Position numbers and translations under genes: made by a program
In this document: positions 12,047 to 25,800 of the stretch, piece after piece
Position numbering within the stretch: position 1 is the first letter of the stretch
Layout: every line of letters starts with the position of its first letter
Assembly: GCA_965637545.1 (NCBI GenBank)
Contig: OZ281494.1
Location: 11,532,001-11,596,000 of the forward strand
Origin: Phallusia mammillata
Lineage: Eukaryota
DNA: 64,000 bases
Direction of reading: 5' to 3'
The notes under the pieces: generated by a model
What the model was told of the DNA's origin: nothing
Database searches by the model: none
What the model saw: only the letters and a program-made list of their open reading frames with translations

Positions 12047-14902
12047 TGAGCACGAGATCCTAAAGAAACTGATAATGGTTAAAAAAAGGGTTAGTTAATT
12101 AAAACAAAATTTCTCCACTGTTGTTGTTTTTATTGCAGAACTTTGTCCACTTAATCCGTACCTCTACAACACACACATAAGATTGCAACTAACTTACGAA
12201 ATTATAACTTTTATTTTAATTTTATCGCCATATACAATCTCCCAAGCAAAATACAGATAAGCGATGTACATTACTTTTATGTTTAAATGTACATTTTTGT
12301 CTTTCAAATTATTTTCATTCTACAGCTGTGGACGCAATTAATGTGGCTTTTGCACTAAGTGGCGCTGTTGGCCTACATTTTAATTTTTTCCGAACATATA
12401 AAGCAGAATTGCTCTGGATGCAGCACATTAGGCGCCGGATGTAGAAAAGTCGATATTTAACACATGTATTTCACTCTGGCGCTAAAGTTTCGGGTTAAAA
12501 TGGAAGTTTCGTTCAGAGGTGGGCTGCGACTGTTCATCTTAGCAACAAATCAATAGTTCTCTGAGTTCAAGTGGATTGCCGATCTTGTGTCCCAGCTAAA
12601 ACACACAAACAGCGTAGGCATTGGCACCAGAAAAAGGGAAGCCAGGGAGGTTGTTGTATTTCGCGTTCTGTGTTGTGTTACTATTGTTCAACAGACAGTG
12701 GTAAAAAGGCCGTCGTTTTGTCAAGCTCGTAACAGAAACCAGGGGCTTGATTACAAAATAAAAACATTAGTTCCAAAACCAAGGGCCGATTTCCTGTCGG
12801 TCAAATCAAATACATATAGTTTTGCAGTTTTAGTTGTGGGCTAAGGTCTGGCTTTGCGCACACTTCTGTTATTTCTGTTGATTTAGAAAGGTGTTTAAAT
12901 TCAAAATTTAGCTGTAGGCTAATAAGTTAAGTAACAAAAATACGCTGATGTTCAATCCAATGCACACCAACTGTTGATTTTCAGTTTGTAGTAAGTGTGA
13001 GTGTTGTCCTGGTGCAGACAAGTGCTTTTAGCATCAGAAAGCGATGACGGAATAGATTAGAAAGAACGGACTGCACAAGGGACGACCTACAAACGATGTT
13101 TGCAGTTCGACCCTTTGTCCAATCGAACTCTCATTGACCGAAACGCAACCTTGGTGTCGCAGATTGGTAACAAGCTAATGGATTATTGATGCATTCCGCA
13201 GGTCAGCAAGAGTGCCAACAGCAAGGTTATGAGAAATTAGCAGTTAACATGTTCCTATCGGAACAGCTAACAATTTAATGAAGACTAATGATTTGTCTTA
13301 CAACCAAACGGTACGTGCATTCCATATACTGTCTTAATAGATACATACTTCAATGGTTGTCGGTAATGTAAGTGCCATGATTTTGAATCAGGTAATTGTC
13401 AGAAAGCTTATGCATCTCAGTGGTGTTAAATAAATACTGAAACGAAACCGTGGCTTAAAAGATAAACCAACTAGAAAACGTTTTTTTAATGCTTAGCGGG
13501 AGGGTGTGCAGACAGTAGTGTTTTGCGTTTTTGCAACTAGGGGATTTGCTGTATCGTTCACTCCTACACCATTTTATATGGTACTAGCTGAAAATCAAAA
13601 CCTTTTCTAATTAGACTTTCCCCAGCGAAACGCATTCGCAGCTGGCTAGTAATTGCACCGTGCGTTTACGTCACGCAGTAGTGCGTCGTTTAATTGCCGT
13701 GCGCTGCACTACGTCGCTATTATGTCATAAACTCTGTTTTCCCCTAGCAAGAGATGACGCAGAATGTTTAAAAGCGGAAACATAGCTTGTCTGCGGAGTT
13801 AGCACGTCGTTTTATTTTCAACCACCCACGGAATAGTAATTTTTGTTGAGTTCGATGCTGTCATTGACAGGGGAAGTGTTATCGACTTCTGTTAGGTGGT
13901 AATCGATAAGATCGTGCAGCGAGCATCACCTTGCCTTCGCTGCTGACAAATGTTAGGTGTTTTTCGTTGGAGCAAGATTAAAAAGCGGTAGCAGAGAAAG
14001 ATTTGAGCTTAACACTTATTGCACGATCTTGTAACTTGCAATACAATAAGATAGATATTAACTAACATGGACGTGGTGGTATAAAATCCTGGATACAATT
14101 GGGACCCTTTTGAAAACATATACAAACGTATATCAGTTGCACGTAAGGTAGATGGTGTATGGATAGCCATGAAATAGGATATAGTATGTGTATATAACAT
14201 GCCAACATTTAGAAAGGCCACCTTAGTGGTTATCAACAAGAGTTATTACAATTTGCATACAGTATGAATAAGCATTTGGGTTTGACATCCTTGGAAATAC
14301 GGTTCATTGCCAATTGCACGACATTAGCTTAATCTGCAGTCGCATACATGCACTTTATTTTTAGCAACACTTTCTAAATGAACGGAGCGACATAAGTTTT
14401 ATAAGCACCCTCAGGGGATCTTGTTGTGTGTAGGTTAACCTGCTTTGCTCTTTGTAAATGAACTAGGTCAAGTAAGGTTCGAGACAAGCTGTAATGTACT
14501 GCCTTATTGTCTTGCATGTATTGCATATGTTCGTTCTTGCTGGTTAGTTTAAGACATAGTTTGTGGATTGGCATTTTTTAATAATGTTGCAAGTCCCACC
14601 GGCGGTTATAATTCTTATCCAGATAATAATATTACGATATTATTGTAATCGCTTTTTTATTATTGTAAAAAAAGAGTTTACACAGAGTAGGGGTATTAAG
14701 AACAGATTTAGTTTGTTATAATTTGTTGCAATCTTATAGCATGGGGCGATCGAAAGCGTTTCTGGAATTTCCTTTATGTTTTACATTGCCGTGTCAATGA
14801 TATCAATTTATAATCTACATCATCTTGTTTCATATTCATTGCAGCTGAAACTGTACAAATGTTAAAGGTGTCTTGCTGTACCTAACAATCCTAGTAAGCA
14901 GC

Positions 14903-16667
14903 ATGTCTGCCCTGACTGCCATAGCTGCAATCTTGTTCATCGTGTTTTTCATTGGAATAATTGGAAATGCCGTTGTGCTGTTTGTGTTGTTACGTCAACG
15001 AAGCTCATGGACCGTCACCACCACCTACCTCTTCAACCTCGCCCTTGCTGATTCCCTTTTCATATGTTTTGTTCCATTCTGGGGGCATTACTACCTTTCT
15101 GCATACGCCTGGTCGTTCGGACTTGGGATGTGCAAACTCACGAGCGTGATAACTTCCGTAAACATGTACGGGAGCGTTTTCTTTCTCACAGCCATGAGCG
15201 TGGACCGATGGATGGCTGTTGTTCATGCAACGTCTGTGAACGCCTTTCGGACCTCAACCGTTGCGCGCTGGGTATGTTTTATTATATGGAGCGCTGCCTT
15301 GCTCCTGTCCTTGCCTCGCATTATATACCAGACGTTGCTGCCATTTAGTCTATCAGGAGGAGACAGCGCATTGGATAGCACTTCGGACAACAGCAATGAA
15401 TCGCTAGCCACAACGGAAGCCACGCAAACTGTCGTAGCCTGCCAGCTCTACATTCCGTCTAACTACACGAACAAAAGCGTGATAATGGGAAGCTTAGAGT
15501 TCATACAGAGCATGGTCGGTTTTGTGATACCCATGACTGTTATATGCATATGCTACGTAAAAATCGTTCTCACCGTGAAAAAGAAGGTGATCAGCAAACG
15601 CGTGCGAAAGGACAGAGTGGCCAAACTGGCTGCGCTCATAATTGCCGCATTCTTCTTCTGTTGGCTTCCATTTCACGTTATGAAGTTGATCTCAGCAACG
15701 CTTGGCTGGTGGGCCGAAGACGTGTACTTCAACGAGGCTCTGTTTATCGCTATCAACCCGTTCACCATATGTCTGGCGTATGCCAACAGCTGTATTAACC
15801 CGATCGTGTACGCTTTCACGACCACTAACTTCCAGGAAAACATCAAGGATATGTGTGGATCAGATGAGACTCGGCCGTACAAGATGACTGTGGGACATCC
15901 GGCTCACGATGAAAAGAAGAATCTCAGCCCGAGGAAGGGCGGAAGTCCGTGTCTTAACGCCAATCCCGATCCCAGGGCAAAGGTTTGGGCAAACAAGGTG
16001 CAGAAACAAACACAAAATGTCCAAGTCCATCCGCCACCGGTAAGAGGAAATGGTGTTCTGTGCAAACTAAAAATTATACCGATGTGTTATAGCAATTTTT
16101 TGGCAACTTTAAATGTGAGAAGTCGCCGGAAGATAAATAGGCTACTAGCAGAACAAACTACTTCCCATTCGTAATAAGTGTGATGGTAGTTTTTTTTCGC
16201 GTTTAAATGATGGTAGTTTTCTCGCATTAGCGCGTTTAAAAGGGTTTGTGTGGTTGCTTAATATCAGGACATTTTATAAATTATTGCTTTGCACAGATTC
16301 TATTAACAGTTTTGCAGTCAAAGTTTACATCACCAATATCACGAAGTAAACAGTTAGTCACCTTGGCGTTAATGCCACGGAGAAACGTCCTAATGTCGTT
16401 CGCACAACCCTTGTGACGTAGGCTTAACTTGTCACGTGCCTGTCGTCATAAAAGTATTTTGCGCCACAGTGTGAAGAGCAGAACACCCTCCGAGCACCCG
16501 ACGGCGAGACGGCAGAAGACGTGAGCTTTTCCTATTACTCGTGCCCGGCAGTTATGCAAGGCCTGGGAAAAGCAAACGAAGTGTGCATGGCAGAGGTGGA
16601 CTCAGCCGCTCCTTACTCGACCCCAGACGCCAATGCTTACAACACATGCGACTCGTGCGAAGCATAA
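14903..16667 (+). CDS. Class A (rhodopsin-like) GPCR of peptide-receptor type (angiotensin/apelin/RXFP3/somatostatin-like neighbourhood)
   Basis: Seven hydrophobic segments with GN (TM1), NLALAD (TM2), C..MYGSVFFLTAMSVDRW (TM3), W (TM4), F..P (TM5), FFFCWLPFH (TM6), NSCINPIVY (TM7). Main exon 14903-16039 ends at a gtaaga donor. In-phase last exon 16470-16667 (CEEQNT...CDSCEA*). The true N-terminus is probably in an upstream exon. Confidence 0.9.
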
Positions 16668-19600
16668 TAAAGAAAATCCATTAGAAAGGACTTAAACGGA
16701 CGGAGCATCGGTTCTGAGCAGTTGATACTGTGTACCGTTTCCGTTTATAAAGATCGCATCCACCGTTAGTGTGGCACAGTTCCATTTGTACAAGTACTGT
16801 GAAATTTAGGGTTTAGTAGGAGGACGTGTTATTTTGGCGTTAAAAAAGCTTAAGAAATTGTTTTTGAAGTTACCGTTTATCATTATCACTTATCATGTTG
16901 CACGCAGCTTGTAAAATGATTTAGCGATTTGTGACTACACGATATGTTTAAGTTTCAAAACCAGCAATGATGATGATGTCTCATGTACTCTAACCCGAAT
17001 ATATACTCACGACAAAATAGACCTACTTTAATACATATTGATTTGTTATTGATCACTCGTTTTCACTGCAACCGGTCACGTGCCATCGTCTCTGGTACCT
17101 GCAAAACATTTTGTTGGAAATAGGCTTACGCGATATAAATCTTAACCTTTGTCATTCCCAATGCATTATTGATTTGTGCTGGGAACTTTGTCTCGTGAAA
17201 AATCTCAAGTTCTTGAAATCTCTGACATAAAATACAAACCCCCATTTACGCTTATGTAGTGCGTTCTGCAGTAAACGTAGACCTGTTTGTGGCAAAAATC
17301 GCAGTAAAGTTTTAACGTTTCTTGAAATAAATGCTGTGTTCTAAATTTCGGCACACACGGTTCCAATTTTGCTGAATATATTCTAGTCTAGAGTCCAGAA
17401 AAAAGAAATCTGTACTGTAATTGGTCACACGAAGATCGCATAAACACTTAGCCATCTCATGCAACAACAGGGTTGTATCATGGGACCTAGAATTAACCTC
17501 ACGTTATAGAATGTTAATTTGACTTCGGAAGAGCTTTCCTGCTAATTTATTTTTTGAGCGAATTTTATGTTGTGGAACGTGCTTTCTGTTCATTGTGTTG
17601 CAAGTTGCAACCGATGGTAGCAAACTTTAATAAACAACCTAGCGTTAGTAAACTGTTTGAAATATTGCTAGAACTTTCAAACACGAAATTCTGATGTTCA
17701 TGTTTCGCAAGGATTTTGTTTTAAAATTGCTTTTCTCAGCTAATTATGTTTCTAACCTTACCCATTTGCTTTTCGGCTATGCATTAGTACTTGGTTAAAA
17801 TCATTATCGGTCTTAGAAGAGAAGCACGGAAGAAACTCCATTATTTTTGATAGATGCGTGAAAGCTAATGCATAATTAATGACGGGGATGATAATACAGC
17901 CGTCCCTTACACCGTACCCTTAAAACATCTTTGCAAGACTTTAAACATAAGAATTCCTCGAAGTCGTAAAAGCGCCATACAACTACAGTATCGGCAATCA
18001 GTTCAGTTGGTTTACAGCAGGGTTCAATCGGGTTCATTGCTGCATAACGATCCATTGTGCTTCAAGCGCTGCTCGCAAATCCCACGATTAAGTTTTAAAA
18101 ATCCTGGCAGCTCAATAACGCACAGCGGTTGGTGCGGGTTTCTCCGGTTAAGAGCATATGCGTGTGATTAAGACCCCACGGCCTTTGTGCCTGTATATGG
18201 ATTGTTTATATAGAGCCGGGAATAGGAAATCGATCATGGGATTGACGTTGCTAGATAGTTTTTCCACTAATAAAGGTTGTAAAGAAAACGTATGTGCTTC
18301 ATTTTCCAATGCGAAGTGATGAGAATCGATTTTACTGCACGCCGAAACGAAATCAACATACCTAACATGCCACAGCTTAAAACATCTGCAATTCTGAAAG
18401 ATGCCCTATCTTTCTGTGCTACAAAAGCATTATTTACCATTTTAGGGTTATATAGTAGCGTTATAATTTGGGTTTGGCTATATTTCACCCTCCAAATGAC
18501 CCTTTATACCACTTTTTAGCATTTTGGAGCGTATAGCTTTCGAGTGGAGACCAAATAAACAGTGTTGGTCGGTCCTTACGCAACAGGTATGTCTTAAACT
18601 TATACCATTCCGTTGTGGCCGGTTTAATCTAGAAGGATTTCGTTTCGTCATAGGAAGTGATCCAAGTTGCCGTTTTGTTGTACATCGAAAATGATATGCT
18701 AGAATTAGGACTGTCAAATCCACCATTCATACACCATTCATTTGTCTTACAGCTTAGGTGTGGGACATGCACATATTTGTGTGTTTTAATGTTGAGCTGA
18801 CGATGATGTTTTACCGACAAAGCTTTAAGGTCCTACACTGTTTTATTACACCGTGAATCACTTTGCGGCGATTTAACATGCATTTTTGTCTCGTGATCCC
18901 TAAAACACGGTGGATTTTAAAATGCAACGGGGAGATGGTTAAGCCTGATCCACCATTATCGGTTTTAAAGCGTTTATCTGAAAACATCACTGTTTTGCGG
19001 CCTGCAAGCAACCCATGCGGCAAGGGCGTAAGCTGACACATGCCCATATAAGGTTTATCCACCTGCTAAGCGTGTTGTTTCGTATTCTGCTTGTCAAATG
19101 TGGGGGTTCAGGACCTTTCGTTAACTCGGCAATTCTGTTGCTGCCAAGCGATATAAATCCAGACGCGATGCTCGGGTGACTGGAGCCAAGGGTAAACACT
19201 GAAGCAACAAGCAATAGGTTTACATTGAAACACGCATTTATTTTTGGATGTCAATCGGTAAGGACACAGTTAATAGAGAAATACCATTTGAGACTGGTTT
19301 GAACCTGGACATAACACAGTGGGACAAAACAGCACAACGTCAATTTACGGACACACCAAATAGTCGTTTATACACAAGAAGTATAATAAACACAAGTCAA
19401 GGCAATGTAAAAGTTAGCTTTTTGTGGACCATGCGCAAAGTGCACGGATATTTAAGGATATTTTTGCCTGTAAAGCACTTTGGAATAGACACAAGTGGCA
19501 TGGGAACTCCTGGACATATTTAGCTTTTGCGGTCGCCAAAAACAGCACGTGTATCGATTTAACTACTTCGATCTGACAGTATATAAAATCCGGTAGACAA

Positions 19601-19869
19601 TTGTTAGAAAATGGTGATTTGGGAAGACTTCCTAGGCCAGAGCTTAAGGTTACCTTGCAATTTAAATTAAATGGCGTTTGTTTAAATATTCCAAAAAGCT
19701 TTTTGACGCGTTTTGATTTATAAACAAAACCAGAAAACTAAACTAACTTGGACTATCGGGTTCAGAAAATTCGTGTAAAAAGTTTTAAAAGGCAATACGT
19801 TCGGCTCTTGGACAAGTTATTCATAAATTCATAAAAATCAAAGTAAGACATGCAAGAAGTTGAATTTCG

Positions 19870-22800
19870 TCACACGTACGAAGATTTCTGTGCTTCCTTA
19901 AGAATCCTCAGCCTGGGACCAAGAGGAATCCCGATGTCGTGAAGTCGCTTTTCGTCCATGTATGGAAGCTCCATCATTCCTATTCGCTCGCATTCAAAGT
20001 TTTTGATGTATTTCTAAACGAAAAACCACAAACTACTCAAATTTTGCATAAAACGTATTTCGGCCACCCTAATTTGACCAAAAAACTAAATTGGACACAA
20101 ATTGTAGGGCTTGTCCCATGTTCAGTTTCATGTTTCATTAAATATAAAACATGTAAGTATATATTACTGGCTTTTGCGTTTCATGTATTCTGACCTTGTT
20201 TTTACCCGTTTTCACAGTATTTAATTAATTCTTTTTTGTATGACATTGTCGTCAAAACTAGTTTCTTTGCCTAGTGCTTTTTAAATTTGCCTTTGTGTGC
20301 TGTTTAAAAACATTCCGCACTTTAAAAACAAACAGTCGTGCATAAAAAAGCCGTTTGGTCACTCTTGACCTTACGTTCGTTGAATTTGCCTGACAAAGTG
20401 ATATTATACCAGTCACGGCAAGCATTTAACATTTTCTAAACTACACAAACCTCACTCACCTCGTAACCAAGTTGTTTGAGGAAAAGATGAAGGAGAGGTG
20501 GTTGGTCACCAAAGAACTTGGCAAGCTTACTGGATAGTTTGGGTTGTTTTCCTTCGCTTTTCAAGATGATCTGTGGTTGCGAGCGTCGGTGTTCAACAGC
20601 GTTCTGCTGTCCGGATTTAATCTAAATGTGAAGTTTACTTAATACGCGCTATCATAGGGTTAGGCTATAAATTGCTTTATAGATAAAATTTGGAAGTTGG
20701 CCGGTATTCATGAAACATAATATTTTCCACCTACACATAAACCTCTCTAAAACTTGTCGTTTCTGGTTAAAGAGCTTGTAAGATGTAACGCGAAACAGAG
20801 TTGTAATTCGGGACAGGTTCGGTTTCTTCAATCAAACGGGCTGGATGAGGGTCTGACTTTACACTCTGTGTCAGTATTTTTTGAATAAATTTAACTAGCT
20901 TAGTAGCCATTTGCTGTACCTGACCTAACGTCAAACAGCTCAAAAACGCCTTGTTTAAGACCAATTGGTCTTTCCTGAAGCTTCTAGACCTGTCAATCAA
21001 ACTTTCGGGCGTAAAAGGGCTTCTCAAAAACAATTCCGGTTCGGGCCGGGTTTCGGGCTTGTATTTTTGGGTTCGGACCGGGTTCGAGCTCCAATTTCAG
21101 GCCAGTTTACAACTCTAACGCGAAACCCAAGCCTTAAGGAGATCATTAATTGTTCAGCAAAACTTGTACATAATTTATTGTGTAACAGAGTGCAATGCAT
21201 ACGAACAAGCACTCAAGCTTACCTCTTGGACTTGCTGACGTAACTGATCGATCTCGCGTGACGTCACGCTCTGGTGACGCAATTCCGATGAGAGTTGAGC
21301 GAGGCTACGAGCCAAGGTGACGACATGGGCTTCCAGCCTGGTAAACCGTTTGTTGACCGACCTGAAATTAATGCACTGTTTAAAATACACAGTGTCACAA
21401 TGTACAGTAAAAGCTAAAATATTGTCCTTAATGTTGTATGTAGTTGAGCATTAACACAGGTTTAACGACGTTTTCCAATCGATTGAAGAAATACGTTACA
21501 CCGCATTGCCATTGGCAGCCATCAAGGAGATTATCTACAAATCGCACAGAAAAAATCGAAGCACGTATTGATTGTGGTCCCAAATGCAATAATGCTGTTG
21601 AAGGCTTACCACATAATGCCAGTGGTACGTTACGTAAGTATATAGAAACCTATCCGAAACGTAAACTTATATGTGGACGGTATAGTTCCCCTAACTTTTA
21701 AAACTAACACTATACTATCAGTTATTATTACCTTAACGGTTTATAACGATATCAATTACACAAAAAGCCAATAAATTCTTGCTATGACACTTGTAAAGTG
21801 TAGACTTCATTTTGCACGTTGTGGTCTAATTGGACATCTCATATATAATTCACGACGCCCTAACGCTAATCTTCCAGTAGCCGTTTAGTGCCCGACTGTT
21901 TAGTTAACCTAAAAGCGACCCAAAATCCCGAACGTGTACTTCGTGTCCATTAGCCACCGCAACGAGGGTTAGATTACAAGACAGCTGTTCAACTAATCGC
22001 ATTTTTAACGCTTTTCTGCCATAATGGGATCTTTTTCACAAACATCGAACGCACCTTATTTCCCGGGAATATCGGTCGCTTCCAGCAAGGCCTTGACGTC
22101 GTCTTCGTGCCGATTTGCGCAACGCTCCGCTACATACACTTGTTGTAGTGATGGAACGAACACTTGAAGTTTCGCCAAGCTCCGATGCATCAATTGTGAC
22201 TGAAGAATGCCTGTGAGATAAGGAACAACTATTTGTGTTTGGTTGTTTGTTTTGTCCCTAGTTGGCGATATAACGCCCACAAAAGCCTTCGATCCGATTT
22301 TTAAACCTTTATGACCATAAGATGAACATAAATTCATAACTGGGATCAGCCCTGAAGCGTCTATGCAGACCAGCGATCACGGCACACTCATATATAAATC
22401 ACAGTACGCCAGGCCCATTGAAGGCGCTATACCGAATCAGCCGGTCACCAAGCATTCACCACCATATGGCAAGGCGTAGGCTAGAAAAATGACCATAAGA
22501 ACACATAAAGTTGTTCAAACATTATTTCCAACTGTATTTGATGCGTGAAACTGCTTTTGGTACCAAACAGATCAAAATATAAGGGGTAGTATGTCACGCG
22601 CAACTGTGTTTTGTCATCTTACATAAGAAAATGACAGTTGTACTTGACAAGACCGAATATTTCGCGGCACGTTTGGGAGTTTATTTTATGGCGCACCCGA
22701 AGTGCTGCGTTTGAGGAAAACCAGCACATATAAACTTTTATTTTTACGATTAGTGGAGCCTAATACATTTGTGTCATTCCATCTCGTTCAGTGTAGCGCA

Positions 22801-25800
22801 ATTGTTGCCCAAAAAAGGCGAAACTCCCAAGGCTGTAAACTAGTTTCGCCCTCTCAGTTCTCAGTTTGTTGATAGAGCTGATGTGGTGTGGTATCTCGAG
22901 GAACAGTGATCGGTTCAATCAATATATTGGTCGATTGAAGCGCCATGAACGATGTGAGTACTACATGTTGATCTGATGGGAGCATGGCTTTGCCGCTCAA
23001 ACGTTGTTATGGAAAAAATTTCATTGTAATACGTGTGTGATATCCTTCAGCTAAGAAACTACTTATAATTACAAATTTACATTGGTGAAACAACCTGCAA
23101 CGTCTCTGAATCTTTATGTTTCACCGTGCCGAGAACGCAAAAACCTGCTTGTGTCAGTTTCGAAAATGCTTTTCATCCTTGGCACTACATTGCTTCATGT
23201 GCATGTAAACAGCAGAAGGGTTCTTGTTTCGTTGTACAAAGTCAATGCAAAACGGATTATTTGAAACAGGATTTGTGGCACTAAGTTAAATTGACGCGAA
23301 TCGGATTACGGGAAAGGCTCAACTCAACTCAACTCATTATACAAACTCAAAGATTAAAACATTTTCCGCGGATTCGAACGCATAACTCTCCCAAGTACGA
23401 ATTCCGATCAGCTTTTCTGTAACTACGTTTGTGCCAAGCCAGACCACTTCAAAAATTTTATCATGAGAAGATAAAATTGTTTTGTGGATAAAAATGTGTG
23501 TAGTAGAGTTGAAGGTCGAGCCAAGCTTTTCGGGCCGTGTTCAGGCTTTTGAAAAAAAAACGGTTTGAAAAGTGAGTTCGGGCCCCAATATTGGCCTGAC
23601 TGCATCTTCAGTCATTTTACAGTATAGAACACAAAGTAACACGAAATAATTAAATCAAGTATACCTGTAGTAAGCGCTCTGGTGTCGATCGGAAATCCTG
23701 TACGTTTCCTGCTGTTGGGACCAGTCGGTGACGTCACTGTCGTCATAGCGACGGCGTTGACGTTGTTTTTTGCTTACACGCGATCTTTCGTCGCCGGAGA
23801 GATTCTTCGGATGGAAACCTCTTCGCACTGTTGAAGCACCGCGTTGAAGTTTACTCGAAAGCACCTAAAAACAACGATGAAAAAGCATCAAATGACCGTT
23901 GGAATAGATAACACAAAACTGTGATAACTCTGAAGTCATCCAACGTTTATTTACGATTTTTATGTTTCTTCTAAGTAATAGGCATTTCCCTTTGTGGGTT
24001 ATTGCCTTTCACGGGTGGAAACCTGTTTATTTCATGCTTGCTTTTCTTAGGACGTCTATTTTAATTTGTCATGGACATGGCAAAACAAGATTGTTTGACT
24101 TTATTTATATAGTCAGCAAAGGCTAGATTTGAAACCCTCTTCTAATTCGTTTAGGCGTCGTTTAGCTTTTCCGTTTAACGTGGATTAAAAAACGAAAGGA
24201 GGGTTGATAGGACCATCCCTTCAACAACCTTTGGCCGGTTGCTGTATCGTTGACATTTAGTCTGTAGGTTTAAATTAATTAGTTTCTTCTCCGCTGATAA
24301 CGGGGGATAGATTAAGTCGATAAGTTGAAAATCAGATAAACTTCATGCGGATTGTGGGTAAGAAAATTGCTTCTGATCCAGTAAAATTGTATGCCAGCGT
24401 TTTTAAGGGGCTGCATACACTTTAGGGATACCATTCTCCATGCTGAAAACACTAAACTAAATATTATACTGGCGATGTAAATGCGAAAAAAGGTTTAAAA
24501 TATACGATATTTTGTAAAAGAAATCCTAAAATCGATGTTTTAGGCATCCGTGTTTAGTAGATTGCAACCTGAATGGATTTCGACAAATTGGCATTTGCAC
24601 GATACCAGATTGATTCACAACGCCAAGGCGAAGCATGAAGAACCCTTTAACTGCGGGGGGCGCATAAATGCTCCCCGACACATGCCTCGTTGTAAACAGC
24701 GATAAAAATCGTATTAGTGCGAATATTTTTTACAACTGGGGTGCGTTTGAAAGCTTATGCATATTGGCTTCAATTTATTCGAAAAAAATGATATGTTAGT
24801 ATTTGAAAAAAATTAATTACACTAAGGAGAAAGTCAAAATTCAGAAAAAACACGTTTTTTTTCTATTTTTTGTTTTACAGCCATTGTTTGTTATTTTTCA
24901 CTTGGTTGATTCACAGACAGCTGTTTGGAGTTTATTTCAGGGCTTTGTAAGCGTGTTGCGGCGATCTTTGTTTACAATTTAGTGTATGTTCAGCTGAATT
25001 GGGCTTGAAAGTGGGTAGTTTGGGGCAGTAAATTTGCCTTGGTTTGCTTGTATATACTACTGTATCAGCCAGTTTAGCTTTACTACTCGTGGTGACAGCA
25101 GTTATTTATCAAGAAAACAACTGTTGTAGAAGCATTTTGCCTTTGGAAGTTTGTGGTTGCTGACCTATATTTTGATTATATCTGGCCCTCAACTGCATTT
25201 ACATTGTCAAATGATAGGAGGATTTGGCCTCATGAATGGACAACAAATACAGAAGAATCAGTGCAAAGTACCTTGGGAATGCTTGGAATTGTGTTTTTTT
25301 CTGCTAACTTCAGTGAACTGTGTTGTCAAACTTGCACATGTTGTGGTGTAATGATACATAATAAACATCCCATGTACAAACACTTGTAAATGAATTATGT
25401 GTGTGCAGGTATTTAGTAAACATTAGAATAAGTCCGTAAATTGTCAAGATTGCCAATAATTGTTATTGAAAACAAGTTTCATACGCTCAAAACATTAATT
25501 TTATCCTTTACTACAGAAAAATAAGAAACTGAAATTGATCATTATGACGTCATGAGCTAATTGATGACGTCATCGAAAAAACACACATCAAGTTTTGTAA
25601 GGAATTGTTTGTAAAACAACTTGGAACTAGAAGAGTGGCTTTCTGATATACTTCCATTTTATATATTCTATACGATATTTACCAATTTACTATACACATC
25701 ATTTGATCTACACATACGATTGTTTTTGTAAACAAAAACTAATGGGTCCCCACACGCATGTTTGTGCGGATTTACGGTAAACAAATGTTGCGGTGATTTT

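Noticed and set aside
18811-19214. Overlapping minus-strand ORFs downstream of the SAM gene
   Set aside because: No recognisable protein or consistent exon chain; more likely 3' UTR or intergenic.
20767-21033. 88-aa minus-strand ORF inside the SAM gene
   Set aside because: No usable donor; the flanking exons 21223 and 20621 join in phase without it.
22363-22479. 38-aa plus-strand ORF antisense in a SAM-gene intron
   Set aside because: Short, with no recognisable motif or splice context; all three minus frames there are also closed.
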